Below, in pieces: positions 50,774 to 61,712 of a stretch of DNA of 64,000 nt. The stretch is from Takakia lepidozioides. Taxonomy: Eukaryota; Plantae; Bryophyta. Below the pieces are notes generated by a model. That model was not told where the DNA came from and searched no databases. It worked only from the letters and a program-made list of their open reading frames with translations. Each line of letters opens with the position of its first letter. Positions within the stretch are counted from its first letter, which is position 1. A program made the translations under genes and the position numbers. Location: assembly GCA_030704615.1 (NCBI GenBank), contig CM060731.1:63798001-63862000 (forward strand), written 5' to 3'.

Positions 50774-53700
50774 ATGGCCGATGAGGTCACCTTCATCATG
50801 ATCAAGCCCGATGGAGTGCAAAGAGGCTTGGTATGTTGTGATTTCGAACCGGTTTATTAGGTATTGAGGGATTGTTTCCGAGGCGGTCTTGCTCTCAGAA
50901 TTTTTTGCTTTGCTCATATTGTGCTACCTTCCGCCCGCATTCGTCTGTTACTTATTTCTTACCTGTTTCTTCTCTGGGTTTGTGGTGCATTTGGTAATAT
51001 GTGTTGCTAGGTTACCTGGAGATTTGCATGGCTGGTTGGTCTGTGTGGCCCAATCTGTACATGGGTTGCTATGCCGTGGGAGGAGGATGGTTTTGAATTT
51101 GTTCGTTGGTGAGTAGTGCTGTTGCTGGAGAATGGAGAGAGATTGATCTTGACTCCACTAATCTCCTGTTTTCTATAGCTACAGTGAGGCCGTGTTTGTG
51201 GCAAATAGGCTCAAGTTATCGGTTCTATGCGGATTTGTGGGCGAAACTGTAGAGAGTCAGTTAGTCTGAGCGGGAAACTTCCGTTTTGAATTTTTTTAGG
51301 GAGATCGTTTTGAGCTTCTCTTGCCCCGGAATGTCATTCGTTTGGTTCTAGCATAGTAGACCTTCGCTCCACCGGTGGAAATCGATATCATGTAGCATGA
51401 TCTGCTAATCTCAGGATTATGCCAGAAGTATCAGTTAATCACCTCTGAAGTATTTGAGAACGTCAACCGAGGCTGTTTTATGCCTGTTTTTTTGTGTGTT
51501 TTCCGGGTGAATTGCGGTCCTTAACTGTGTGATACTGTGGAGTTTTCTGTATGATTTTCACTTTTCTCTCCCTAATGTTAAACATCATGTATAATTGTTG
51601 TCTATTTTTTTCAACTGTGTTAGTCCTGGAGTTTCACCTCTGATCAACTAGTCATCAGTTTTTCATGAGGTGAAAAATGGAACCTGTCTGCTGTTTTGTT
51701 TCCTTTCCAATCCCAGATGGGTGTTTACTTCCCCAAAATCACCCTTATTTTATTTGCTCTGCAGATTGGAGAGGTCATCTCACGGTTCGAGAAGAAGGGA
51801 TACCACCTCAAAGGTGAGCATCTGGATGAACTGTGTCAGAGAAGACTAAAACCGGCCAATTGTTTGGGTGAGATTAGTGTGGCCACAAGTTTGGAAGATG
51901 GAGGCAATCTTTGTGTGCAAAGGAATTAGAGTCTGAGAGTCCTACAGTGGAAGCCTTGGTCTGTTTTGTCCATTCTTGGCCCCCACCGTTTCATGGCGGA
52001 TCAACTGTTTTTCCTCATTGCAGCAGATCAAGATTCGTTCTGGTGAGACAGCTATATGCTCTCTGTATGAAAACCTACTCACTGTTTTTGTGAAGGAGGT
52101 GAGGGTTAAGGTCAAAGTAGCCCTGTTATTATAATTCTCAAGGAATTCGTTTTTCTTTGGATGAGGCATGTAAGGGCACTCCACACCTGATCATACCCTT
52201 TGTCTATTTCTGCATTTGGGCTGATGAGACATCAATTTATAGTTATGTGTCTCTAAAGTATTGATGCATCTCAAGTTCTAAGGCCACTTGATTCCTGTTC
52301 GGCTGGAGTCAAACTGCTGTCATTGTGGCTTCTTTCAGTTCACACCAGTTGCCTTCATGAGAGTTTCGGTGGTGGAGTGAGGCAGTGGGGGGTGATGAAA
52401 CATCAAAATACAGTTATCCCTGTCTGAGTCATCAGTGTGGATGCATCTTTTGCTGACCCCATGGATTCCTGTCCTCATGCAGCCACACTGTTGTAACTTT
52501 TTGGGAGAGTATGCTTATGATTGGTCATGTTTGGCTCCTCAGGTAGGCAGTGGGGGGTGATGAAACATCAAAATACAGTTATCCCTGTCTGAATTATCAG
52601 TGTGGATGCATTTTTTGCTGACCCCATGGATTCCTGTCCTCATGCAGCCAAACTGTTGTTACTGTCTGATGCTATAGTTTGCGTCACAACTCATTGAAAG
52701 AGTATGATCACCATTGGTCATGCTTGGCTCTCAGGGAGGCAGTGGGGTGTGATGACATATCAGGAAAACAGTAATCCCTGTCTGAATCCTTGGTCGGATA
52801 TTTTTATGATCTGACCCCTTTGTTTCTTCCCTCCTGGTGAGAACAGTGGGAGCGATGAAACATCAAAACACAGCTATCTGTTTGAATCATAGCTTTTGAT
52901 TTTCTTTGCTGCATGAATTCTTCATAGTACTGCTACTTGCTAGAGCTATTCCCAGAGATTTCAAGGTGGATAGTGTGGCCTCTCTCAGAATTAAAATTCA
53001 AGGAGAGACCTTCAATAGGGTAAACTTCTTTCCTGTGTCTTCCCCTCCTGCCTCCCAATGCAGGCCCTTCTGACAGAACAGAGATGCGTCTTTTCTTCAT
53101 TTTTTAGTGGACTGACAGTGTATTTGTGTGCTACAACTTCAAAGCTATGAAGATGATTCAGGTTGAGCGCTCATTTGCGGAGAAGCACTACTCAGACCTG
53201 TCGACAAAGCCCTTTTTTGGGTCACTGGTTGAGTACATCATCTCAGGCCCAGTTGTTGCCATGGTCTGGCAAGGAAAGAAGGTGGTAGCAACAGGTCGCA
53301 AGATCATTGGAGCCACAAATCCTAGTCAGGCTGATACAGGCACAATTCGTGGAGACTTCTGCATTGACATTGGCAGGTGTGTTGATTCTGATGGGTATTT
53401 TCTGGGGAGGGGGGGAATTCATGGCAGTTGAAGCCAAAACTTGGTTACAAAGTTCTTCTGGTTAATTGTTGAGTTTCAACCTCCCTTGGAGTGTGAATTC
53501 ATGCAGGCATGTGACAGTCCACAGGTGTTGAAAATCAAGAATGTAATGAAATGTTGTTATTCCTTTTGAACAGTCTGCAGCACTCGAAGGTTCTTTTCTT
53601 GGAATCTGTGAGAGGTTTTAGGTTCAATCCTTAAATCCTGTTGCTCCTGTATGCAACCAATCTGTGCTGGTACCCTTTAAGAGCGCTCTGCTATTGTTCA

Positions 53701-53968
53701 GGTTTGTGGAGTCTGCTCTTATGAACCTTACTGGGTTTGTGGAATAAGAAACCCTGTAGACAATGTTTGTGATGCTAATGCCATGAGGTTTCTCTGGTGA
53801 AGGCATCCCTGGTGTCCTAATTTATGTTTGATGTGATTTGATGGGCAATGCAGGAATGTGATCCATGGCAGTGATGCAGTCGAAAGTGCGCAGAAGGAAA
53901 TTGCACTGTGGTTCCCGGACGGAATTACCAGTTGGCAGAGCAGCCTCAGCCCATGGATCTACGAGTAG
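50774..53968 (+). CDS. NDPK1: Cytosolic nucleoside diphosphate kinase; exons 50774-50830, 51765-51813, 53145-53376, 53854-53968
   Basis: [19 protein letters not shown]|[12 protein letters not shown]...GTIRGDF..IGR|NVIHGSD...PWIYE*; no transit peptide. Confidence 0.95.
52387..52460 (+). ncRNA. snoR38: Box C/D snoRNA, snR38/snoR38Y type (copy 1)
   Basis: GGGG stem, C box GTGATGA, guide CAGTTATCCCTGT plus D' CTGA, D box CTGA, CCCC; guide complementary to LSU rRNA ACAGGGAUAACUG. Confidence 0.85.
52552..52625 (+). ncRNA. snoR38: Box C/D snoRNA, snR38 type (copy 2)
   Basis: Same boxes, guide and terminal stem as copy 1. Confidence 0.85.
52744..52818 (+). ncRNA. snoR38: Box C/D snoRNA, snR38 type (copy 3, diverged)
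   Basis: GTGATGA, guide CAGTAATCCCTGT (1 mismatch), two CTGA boxes, GGGG/CCCC stem. Confidence 0.72.
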
Positions 53969-56246
53969 ATTAAGGGTTTTTAGTCTCTTAACCTCATGTT
54001 TGCCTTCTATTGAGGGATTTTGTCTCTTAGCAACCTGATTAATTACTAGGTCTTGAGTAATAAACTAAACAGAGTATCATCATTATTCTCTCATTATCAG
54101 AAAATAAGTACTTATGTTTGGAGATACCTTCCCCTGGCAGATGCATTCGTAGCTGCATGAAGCCATTGATTTCTGAGGTTTTTCTGTGTTGTTTTACAAC
54201 CTACTCTTTCTGAGTGTTACTTAAACAGCTGACAGGATTACATTGTGAGAATCTGGGTGTTGGGGGCGAATCTGGGTGTTGGCGGGAGTTGTATGGATGG
54301 ATAAGCACGATTAATGGATTCTAGTTGGAAACTGCATGTGAGGAATGTAGCCGGTGAGTGAGTGCACTGTGAAAATCACAGTCCAAGTGTGTAGCAAATA
54401 AAAACAGCTTACTGCTGTCATGACTGCTTCAAAAAAATTAGTTCAAAATTCTTATCGCATCACGCGCTGAAACTGGCCTCATCATCAAGTGCCTTCTAGT
54501 TCTTACAAGAGAAGTTTAACACCTTGAGAGTTCTGCACTCTCATAAAGAATTGGCCCCTTCAAGTCCCCTCAGTTCTTGAGAGAAGTCTAATACTTCAAG
54601 AATTCTGTGCAGGACAAAGAACTAACGAACTAACCCCCAAGCCAAATTTCTGTAACTATGACGAATATCATCATCAACATATGGATAAAAACTGTGTGCT
54701 GTCTGAGCTCTATGCTGAGCATGATGCTTCACCAGTTCACCAAGAAAGGCGAGCAGAGCAGATGATAAAAGAAAATAGCCTTACAAATGCATAAGGTGGT
54801 TGTAAGATCACTGCTAGACTGTTGCCTGAAGAGACCATAACTCTCAATCTCTAGTTTCACCTTCCTTCCTTGACATGAGGTTTACAAGATGCACCCTATT
54901 TATTTTGGGAGCTAATAGGCTAGCCTTGTTATATTTTCTTCTTTTCTTCTTGTTGCCATTTTAGTTGATTAATTTGATTGATGGCATTCATGTTATCTCT
55001 TATTGCTTGGATGTTTCTCTGAGAACAGATATTGTCACACAGAATGTATCAAACACAATCACGTTGTTTCTCCCGGAAATGAGACAACTAATGACAACAA
55101 GAGAACAGGGAAGCCTACACCTCCGTGTGTGCCAAGAAGCTCACCTAAAACTTACACATTTCTATGTTCAATGCCAACAAACTCGTCAGCCAGAAACTAG
55201 TTAGGAAGGTTTGGAGAAGTACCCTGATTCACTATCATCTTCACGTCTCAGAACATGTTTGAAGTGGAACGTTCCCAACAATCTCATCATCTGGATATAT
55301 CAGAAACAAATGATCCAAAACTGAGTGGCATTCAAGTGGTTGTTGCCATCTCCACTCAACCATCACTACCCATCCTGACAGTGTGTCAGTTGGGGTCACA
55401 CTTTAGGTCATCTACCAGCTCATATAAAAATCCTTCAACACAAACAGGCTCTGCAACCAACTAGCCATTGAAGGGAATTGCAGAGGCCCCAAGACTGCCT
55501 TCACTCACAACCAAGTGAGCAACACATCACTTATGCAGCAGACAGCCTATCGTCGCAGTTTAGATCAGCTATCAGCTATCAGCTCATATATAAATCCTTC
55601 AACACAAACATGGTCTGCAACCAACTAGCCATCCAAGGGAGTTCCAGAAGGCCCCAAAGTGAGCAACTCTCACGCAGCAGACAGCCTATCTAACAAGGCA
55701 TCTACATTGACTGTTCAGACAGAAGTTGACCAGGACACCTAAACCCAAAGCCATAGCCACAGAATTGGGTTGCATATACAGGTGGAAAGCACAACACAGC
55801 TACCATCCTTCCAGTGGAATGATCAACCACTGGATACAGAAAACATGATTGTTGACAGTAATTTGGCTCGAGGACCACTTCATCACTAGGAGTGAGCAGT
55901 CCGTCAGCACATGCGAGACGAGACTCACGCCAGGCAGTCTTCAGTACTAGATAATCAGAATGCACAATCGGACAAACCATTTCTCCACCACCTCAGGTGA
56001 GTAATACTATTTCAAAGGATACAAAACAGGAGGTCACCATATCTATGGTGCCTAAAGAAAGCTGCCATGGTGTCCATCCCATCCATGGGCTTAGTTTGCG
56101 CAATGTAAGTGCTGAAGGTTCTTAAAGTCAACAATACCACATTCAATTGTAATTCTTCCAACAAAAAATAAGGATTATAATAACCCTCTCAAACCACAGG
56201 TGCCATGCACCCAGGAACAGTTGACAAACAGGTGAGGTACAACAGC

Positions 56247-57521
56247 TCACTTCGGATCACTAAAGTATCTGTTAAAACTGGGCATTATCTGAGCTGGAGA
56301 ACCTTTCACAAATTTACGCAATCCATTATCTCCGTAGCTCTCGCCTTCTTTGTGGTTCTCAAGAACACCTGCTGCCCGGTCATCCTTGTTGATTCTTCAG
56401 ATGATGCACATGGGATCACACCACAAACTATCAATAAGTGTCACATAAATAGATACAACCAACAAACACAAAGCATATCAAGGGAACTGCCTCCTCCTTC
56501 ATGTGTATGTGTGCGTGAGATAGAGAGCCAACCTGACATCAGGGTTGATAGCAAGATTGCGCCCTACAGCAAAGCCAGCTAAGCCAACAGCTGCTCCTAG
56601 TGCAAGGAACAGTGGATAAATCTGTTAACCATCCCCACCATTTCCTTCCCCTCAGATTGGCACCATTCAAGTCTTGTCACAACGTCAGCAACACCAATCA
56701 GGGGGTTTCTAAGTTTCAAACCCCAGCTAGTACCTTTGACATTTCCAAGGTGTGGAAAAGGAACCATGCAGCTTCTAAGAATGCTGTGGCTTGAAGAACT
56801 TCGCACACTCGACAACTACCCACCCTACTACCATGCGGTTATAGAGCTTAAGTGACATGCAAAAGAAGAAAACAGAGCTGACAATAATTGTACTACTCAA
56901 TGTCTACCCCTCACAAGTCAACATCCATTACTATCGAGTCCAGGATTACGAATGAATATAAAGCATATTAGTGCTCGCAGAAAGAGTGCCCGGAATCCAA
57001 GTGTCTGCAGGGAAGTTCGATCTCCCCAAACAGGACTGGCAGAAATATAGAAATGAAGGTGATTTCAATTCATTCTAAAGATAAACCATGGATTGTGAGC
57101 TGAGTAGTGGATAGCCCTCCACATAACTAACTAACGGGAGTACTATGAAACTAGCAGGTGCATGTGCGATGATCCTCGCAGAATCAGTATTTCGTGAGCA
57201 GCCAGGCTAGCGAATTCACGTGTGAAGACCACCCGGCAAGATGACAAGTACTTCGTATTCTCAAAGTAGACCCCTAGGGATTGTGCACCGTCAGAACCGA
57301 ACCCTCTCTTTCCCCAACCCTAGGACACACAAACTTAGTCCTTGACCATGGCAGAGCCATCTTTGGAGTCCCAGTAGATGAAACACACGACTGCCCAATT
57401 CAGCTCAAGATTCTGTCAAAACAAAAACAAAGCTCGTGAGAAGAAAGTAGCTTCTTAAGTCACAAATCTCTCAGAATACCTCCGGCTTGATCCAACGCTT
57501 CGACCACGACATTTGAGCCAT
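56247..57521 (-). CDS. B12D: B12D family protein (NDUFA4-like); exons 57480-57521, 56533-56621, 56247-56394
   Basis: MAQMSWSKRWIKPE|IYPLFLALGAAVGLAGFAVGRNLAINPDVR|INKDDRAAGVLENHKEGESY...IMPSFNRYFSDPK*; not in the ORF track because exons are short. Confidence 0.92.
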
Positions 57522-58594
57522 GAAAACCGGCCGGATTCAAATGAAAATCCCTCCACCCAGATCCAGATCAAATCGGCCTGCTCCTCGACGTCTCAACTCT
57601 CTGTCCCTCTTCTCGACAAGGCCCAGCACCAACGTCATCCTTCACAAACAGCCAGGCCCGCCCGGGTCTTTCGGATGCCGTGCCCTGGCTAAACTCTCAA
57701 CAGCGTTTAGCCTCAAGACACAAATAAATGACTGATTGACCCCCAAAAAAAGGAAAACAAAATGAGTGAATGGTTATTTGGAATTTTAATAAAAAATGAC
57801 TGAATGGTTTGTTATTTTAAAATGAATATCAATGAAAGTATTGAGGGCTGCTATCCCCTCTTTAAAAAATATACCAGACGATAGCTCAGTTGGATAGTGC
57901 ACTATGTGCTAACCACGTGATCCGTTTGAGGTTCTTAACACGATAAAATCTCAGTCGACGAATACCGCTGGGTAAAATCTCTTTTGGATTTTTAGTAGGA
58001 GCCTAATACACCTTAGAAACTTCTTGAATTGAATTCACACACAAATATTGAAATATCCGCTTAGGAAAAAAGATCCACTGCGGGCAGTTTGCAACTAGCT
58101 ATAATGCAGTGTCAAACCAAAACACAGGGAACCCATGCTTGATCCTTCTTCATAGCGTCTCCGAATGTAAAAGAAAATCATGACCAAATGCATCTTCTTT
58201 TAAACTGCATTGGAGCTACGTGAAAAAATACCTGGCGAATGCGATATTGTTGTCAACTGTGTCGTTTAAAATATAACCCATCGGGCGTTTTGTCTTTGAG
58301 GTCAAGCACTCCTGACTTGCCTTTGATTTTATAATGATCGGACGATGAACTGAGATATACATATCAAGATTTAGCTCCTGGTGACTACCACTATCTCAAT
58401 CCTATCATTGTGTCATCGCAGATGATGCAGATTATGAGTACTGTGTATGAGCTCTCACAGCTGGAATTTGCAGCGAGACTTGTCCCCAGAGTTCTTCAAA
58501 GACAAATATCTATCAAGGGCCTAAGTTTTGCGAAGTTGCATTGCAACTTATTGCTGGACAATGGTTGTAGTCTAAGGATTCCAAACCCATTATG

Positions 58595-59157
58595 CTCTAC
58601 AATACTCTCATAAAACCAATTTGTCACGACGCATCCGGGATGCTTCGACGCTGGGGGGCCACAGCGGGGTCGCAGTCGCGGCAGCCCAACGATGCTTTTG
58701 CGACGGCAGGGGGTCGCAATGTTCAGAAGAGGGACAAAAACAAAAACATAAAAATAAAAATAAAAATAAAAAACCCGCTGTCGCAACAACGTCGCTGGGC
58801 TGCCACGAGCTGGGGCTGTGGCGCTGCCACGTCCCGGCGATGCCGTTGTAACCCACTGGCATCGCAGCCTCCCGGGGGCATCACAAACCCCCAATACGCT
58901 GGCGAGGGTGCCTAAGTGGGACGGGGTGCCGTTGCGACCCGCCCGGCGTCACTGCCTCCCAGGAGCGTCGCAAGCAACCCCCTATCGCGGTGGCGGTCAC
59001 GCCCCGATTTCGGCGACGTTGTGGCACAACGTCACCTCAACGCCCTGACATCGCAAGGCCGAGGGCGGGCCCCCTATGCGACGCTGCAATCGCAGTGGGG
59101 TCGCCACGTCCGGCGCAGGGAGGGTTGTGGGCAGTGGCTACCCTAAACGTAGTAGTG
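58595..59157. mobile_element. Possible CACTA-type non-autonomous element
   Basis: Right end ...CGTAGTAGTG (reverse complement CACTACTACG); dense GC-rich CGTCGC/GCGACG subterminal-like repeats; left end unclear. Confidence 0.45.
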
Positions 59158-59760
59158 GTAGCAGGGAGTCGTTGTGCATGCTAATGTTTTAGCTTCTGTG
59201 TTCCGCTTTAGCATCACACCATTACATTGTTTGGGTTATAGCGTCGTCTAAGGCATTTACAGCGCAGTTACAACCAGTGATCAACACACAATAGTGACCA
59301 ACAGCAAGACTTCTTTTTATGTGCCTGAGCATCTTCCCCAAACTCTTGCTTACTTCAAGAATGAGGTTGTTATCATTGAGTCATGGGCTAGAGAGAGAGG
59401 TGTTAATGATGAACAAGTAACAACAATATTGAGGGCCCTGAATGTGAGTTATTTGTTGTGTTTGAAATGTCGTACAAAGGTAAGCTGGTCTGTCGTCCTG
59501 CAAACTACATGTTCATTTGGAGACCTATCACACAGCTTTAGTGTTGGGTGGTGTCATTGTCAAAGTGTTTGTCACCGTCTTGATTTACCAAATGCAGAGG
59601 ATGTCACTGTACAATATGCCTATGGAACTGTCATGGAGGAAAAATGGGAATTTATCCCTGCAGGTCATGTCATGTTAGTTGTGAAATTGTTTGGCACATT
59701 TGGCATTCATTCCACAAGCAAATGTGGAAACACTTGATGGGTTAGAAAATGCGCCAGTAA

Positions 59761-61712
59761 ATGCGATGTGAGAATGCGCCAGTAAACGTGATGTTGGGAT
59801 TGCATGTCCATGAACCTACCCCTGACTCTGATTTTGAAACTGAATCGGATTCTGATTTTGATCCTGAAGATGAGGAGGCAAACATGAGAGAACCTTGGAC
59901 TGACCCTGTTGGGATTGAGGCTTTCATTGACGACCATGGGTTGGCTGCACACGAATTGGGATTGATGTATGACGACATTGTGGATGGTCACCACATTGAT
60001 CCAAAGAAAATGTTTGCTAACAATATGTGGAATTCTGGCACAAAGGTGTTGTCTCCTCTAGTTTGGAAAGGAGGCTATTTTGGACAAATTTTACCTTGGA
60101 ATGATGTTGCAAGCCATGTAGATTACTTCAACCTATTCTGGCCTATGCCAATTTTACGCAAATCTTGTAACATGACGAACCTTTATGCGCAAACGGTTGG
60201 TCCAAGAGGTACAACCAAAGGTGGATTGTGGTGGCATCCTGTGGTACCCACTGAACTGAGAGCATGGATCATGTGGATTTGTATTCTCATGGGGGTCAAG
60301 AAATTTCCATCCACAAGGAACTACTGGAAGTCATGTTCTGCGTTTTTCCTATGTCCTATCATTAGTTGTCCTCACGTGTGCACATTTGGTAGACAATGCT
60401 TTTGTTGAAATTGACCAAGAATCTACTGACTATGATAAGATAGCGAATACGAGGTGGTTGGTTGATGCACATAGCCGTTTGTACAAGTTGTACTATGCCC
60501 CTGAGCATAATGTTACGGTGGACAATCAAATCATGATAAAGTACTTTGGCAAGTACTAGAGTATTAGGCAGTTTATGCAAGACAGGGCCTGTTAGATGGG
60601 GGGTAAAGGTTTGGTGTCTTGCTAATTCCGGGTCTAAGTATGTGCTAAAATTAGTCGAAGTGTATTTGGGAAAAGATGATTCAATTAAAAAAAGTATGAC
60701 GCCTCTCGAAGGGAGCGACGTAACCTATGGAGTCACTTCACCCCCAAGGGCTACTGCCTTCCGCTAGGAAGGTGGACACCTTCATGACACAACAGACCGT
60801 GGTTTGAACCCACAACCACATCCAACGTGGTATGTGCCCATTACCACTGGGCTACATGCTGGTTGTCGATGATTCAATTAACAATAATAAGAGGCAAGGG
60901 TATGGGGTGGTTTCTCATTTGCTGGAGGGTTTTCATGGGGTTGGCCACATTGTCACTTGTGATAATTTCTTCACAAGCCCAACCCTATTCTATGATTTGC
61001 TGGACAAAGACATATATGCTACATGGACTTATTAAACAAACCGAATTGGCTGGTCTGATGCTTTGACATTGGGCAAAGTTGGGGAGAGAGGCAACTTGGT
61101 TTGGAGGATGCATTACTCAAACAAATTGGCTGCTATTTAAACTTGGTTCAACAACAAGCCTATCTGTTTGTTGTCAACAACGATGTCTCCAGTGGCGGAG
61201 GGGTTTGATTGTTTTGTGCCTCGCCAGTATGATCATGCTAAGAGAACGATGCCTACTTCCCCAATTTTGAAGCATTACCAGCAGCATATATATAAGAGGG
61301 ATTGATGTACAGGACCAGCTTCGGGGAAATTTTAGTGTGCAACCGCGAGATCATAAATTATGGTGATGTCACATTTTTCTTTGGTTGCTTGATATTAGCC
61401 TTGTAAACGCTTACATACTTCATGGATCATTCATGAGAGGTTGAGGAAGGACTCATCTCTCGCACCTTTCCTTCAATATAGCAGTAGCCTCCTCGTTGAT
61501 ACAAGGGTGGGGTGGCCCCAAGCGAACGACGGGCACTGGGTGCAAAGTGCCCAATCCACAACCGATGTATTTCTCGTACAAATCTACTCATCGGTGGCTT
61601 GGTATGGAGTGTGGGCAAAGGCAGAGGCACTACTGTCCTACTTGTGGGAATGTGGCAATATGGCAAGTGGCCAATGTTTTGTGAAGTTACATTTCGTGAA
61701 AGGCTAATATAG
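59761..61712 (+). pseudogene. piggyBac (PGBD-like) transposase pseudogene
   Basis: YFNLFWP...TNLYA, ELRAW...RNYW, PVRWGVKVWCLA, HIVTCDNFFTS, GIDVQDQLR, Cys-rich C-terminus; multiple stops and frameshifts. Confidence 0.85.
60687..60867 (-). mobile_element. tRNA-derived SINE inserted in the piggyBac transposase
   Basis: A box TAGCCCAGTGG, B box GGTTCAAACC, oligo-T tail, TSD GATGATTCAATT (60675-60686, 60868-60879). Confidence 0.88.

Noticed and set aside
52380-52900. Plain intronic minisatellite
   Set aside because: Conservation centres on C/D boxes and an rRNA-complementary guide, so it was called as snoRNAs
57878-57962. tRNA gene (TAGCTCAGTTGG A-box-like)
   Set aside because: No proper T arm/B box or cloverleaf; at most a decayed SINE head
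58496-59184. Cluster of overlapping GC-rich ORFs
   Set aside because: By-product of GC-rich subterminal-like repeats of a probable DNA transposon
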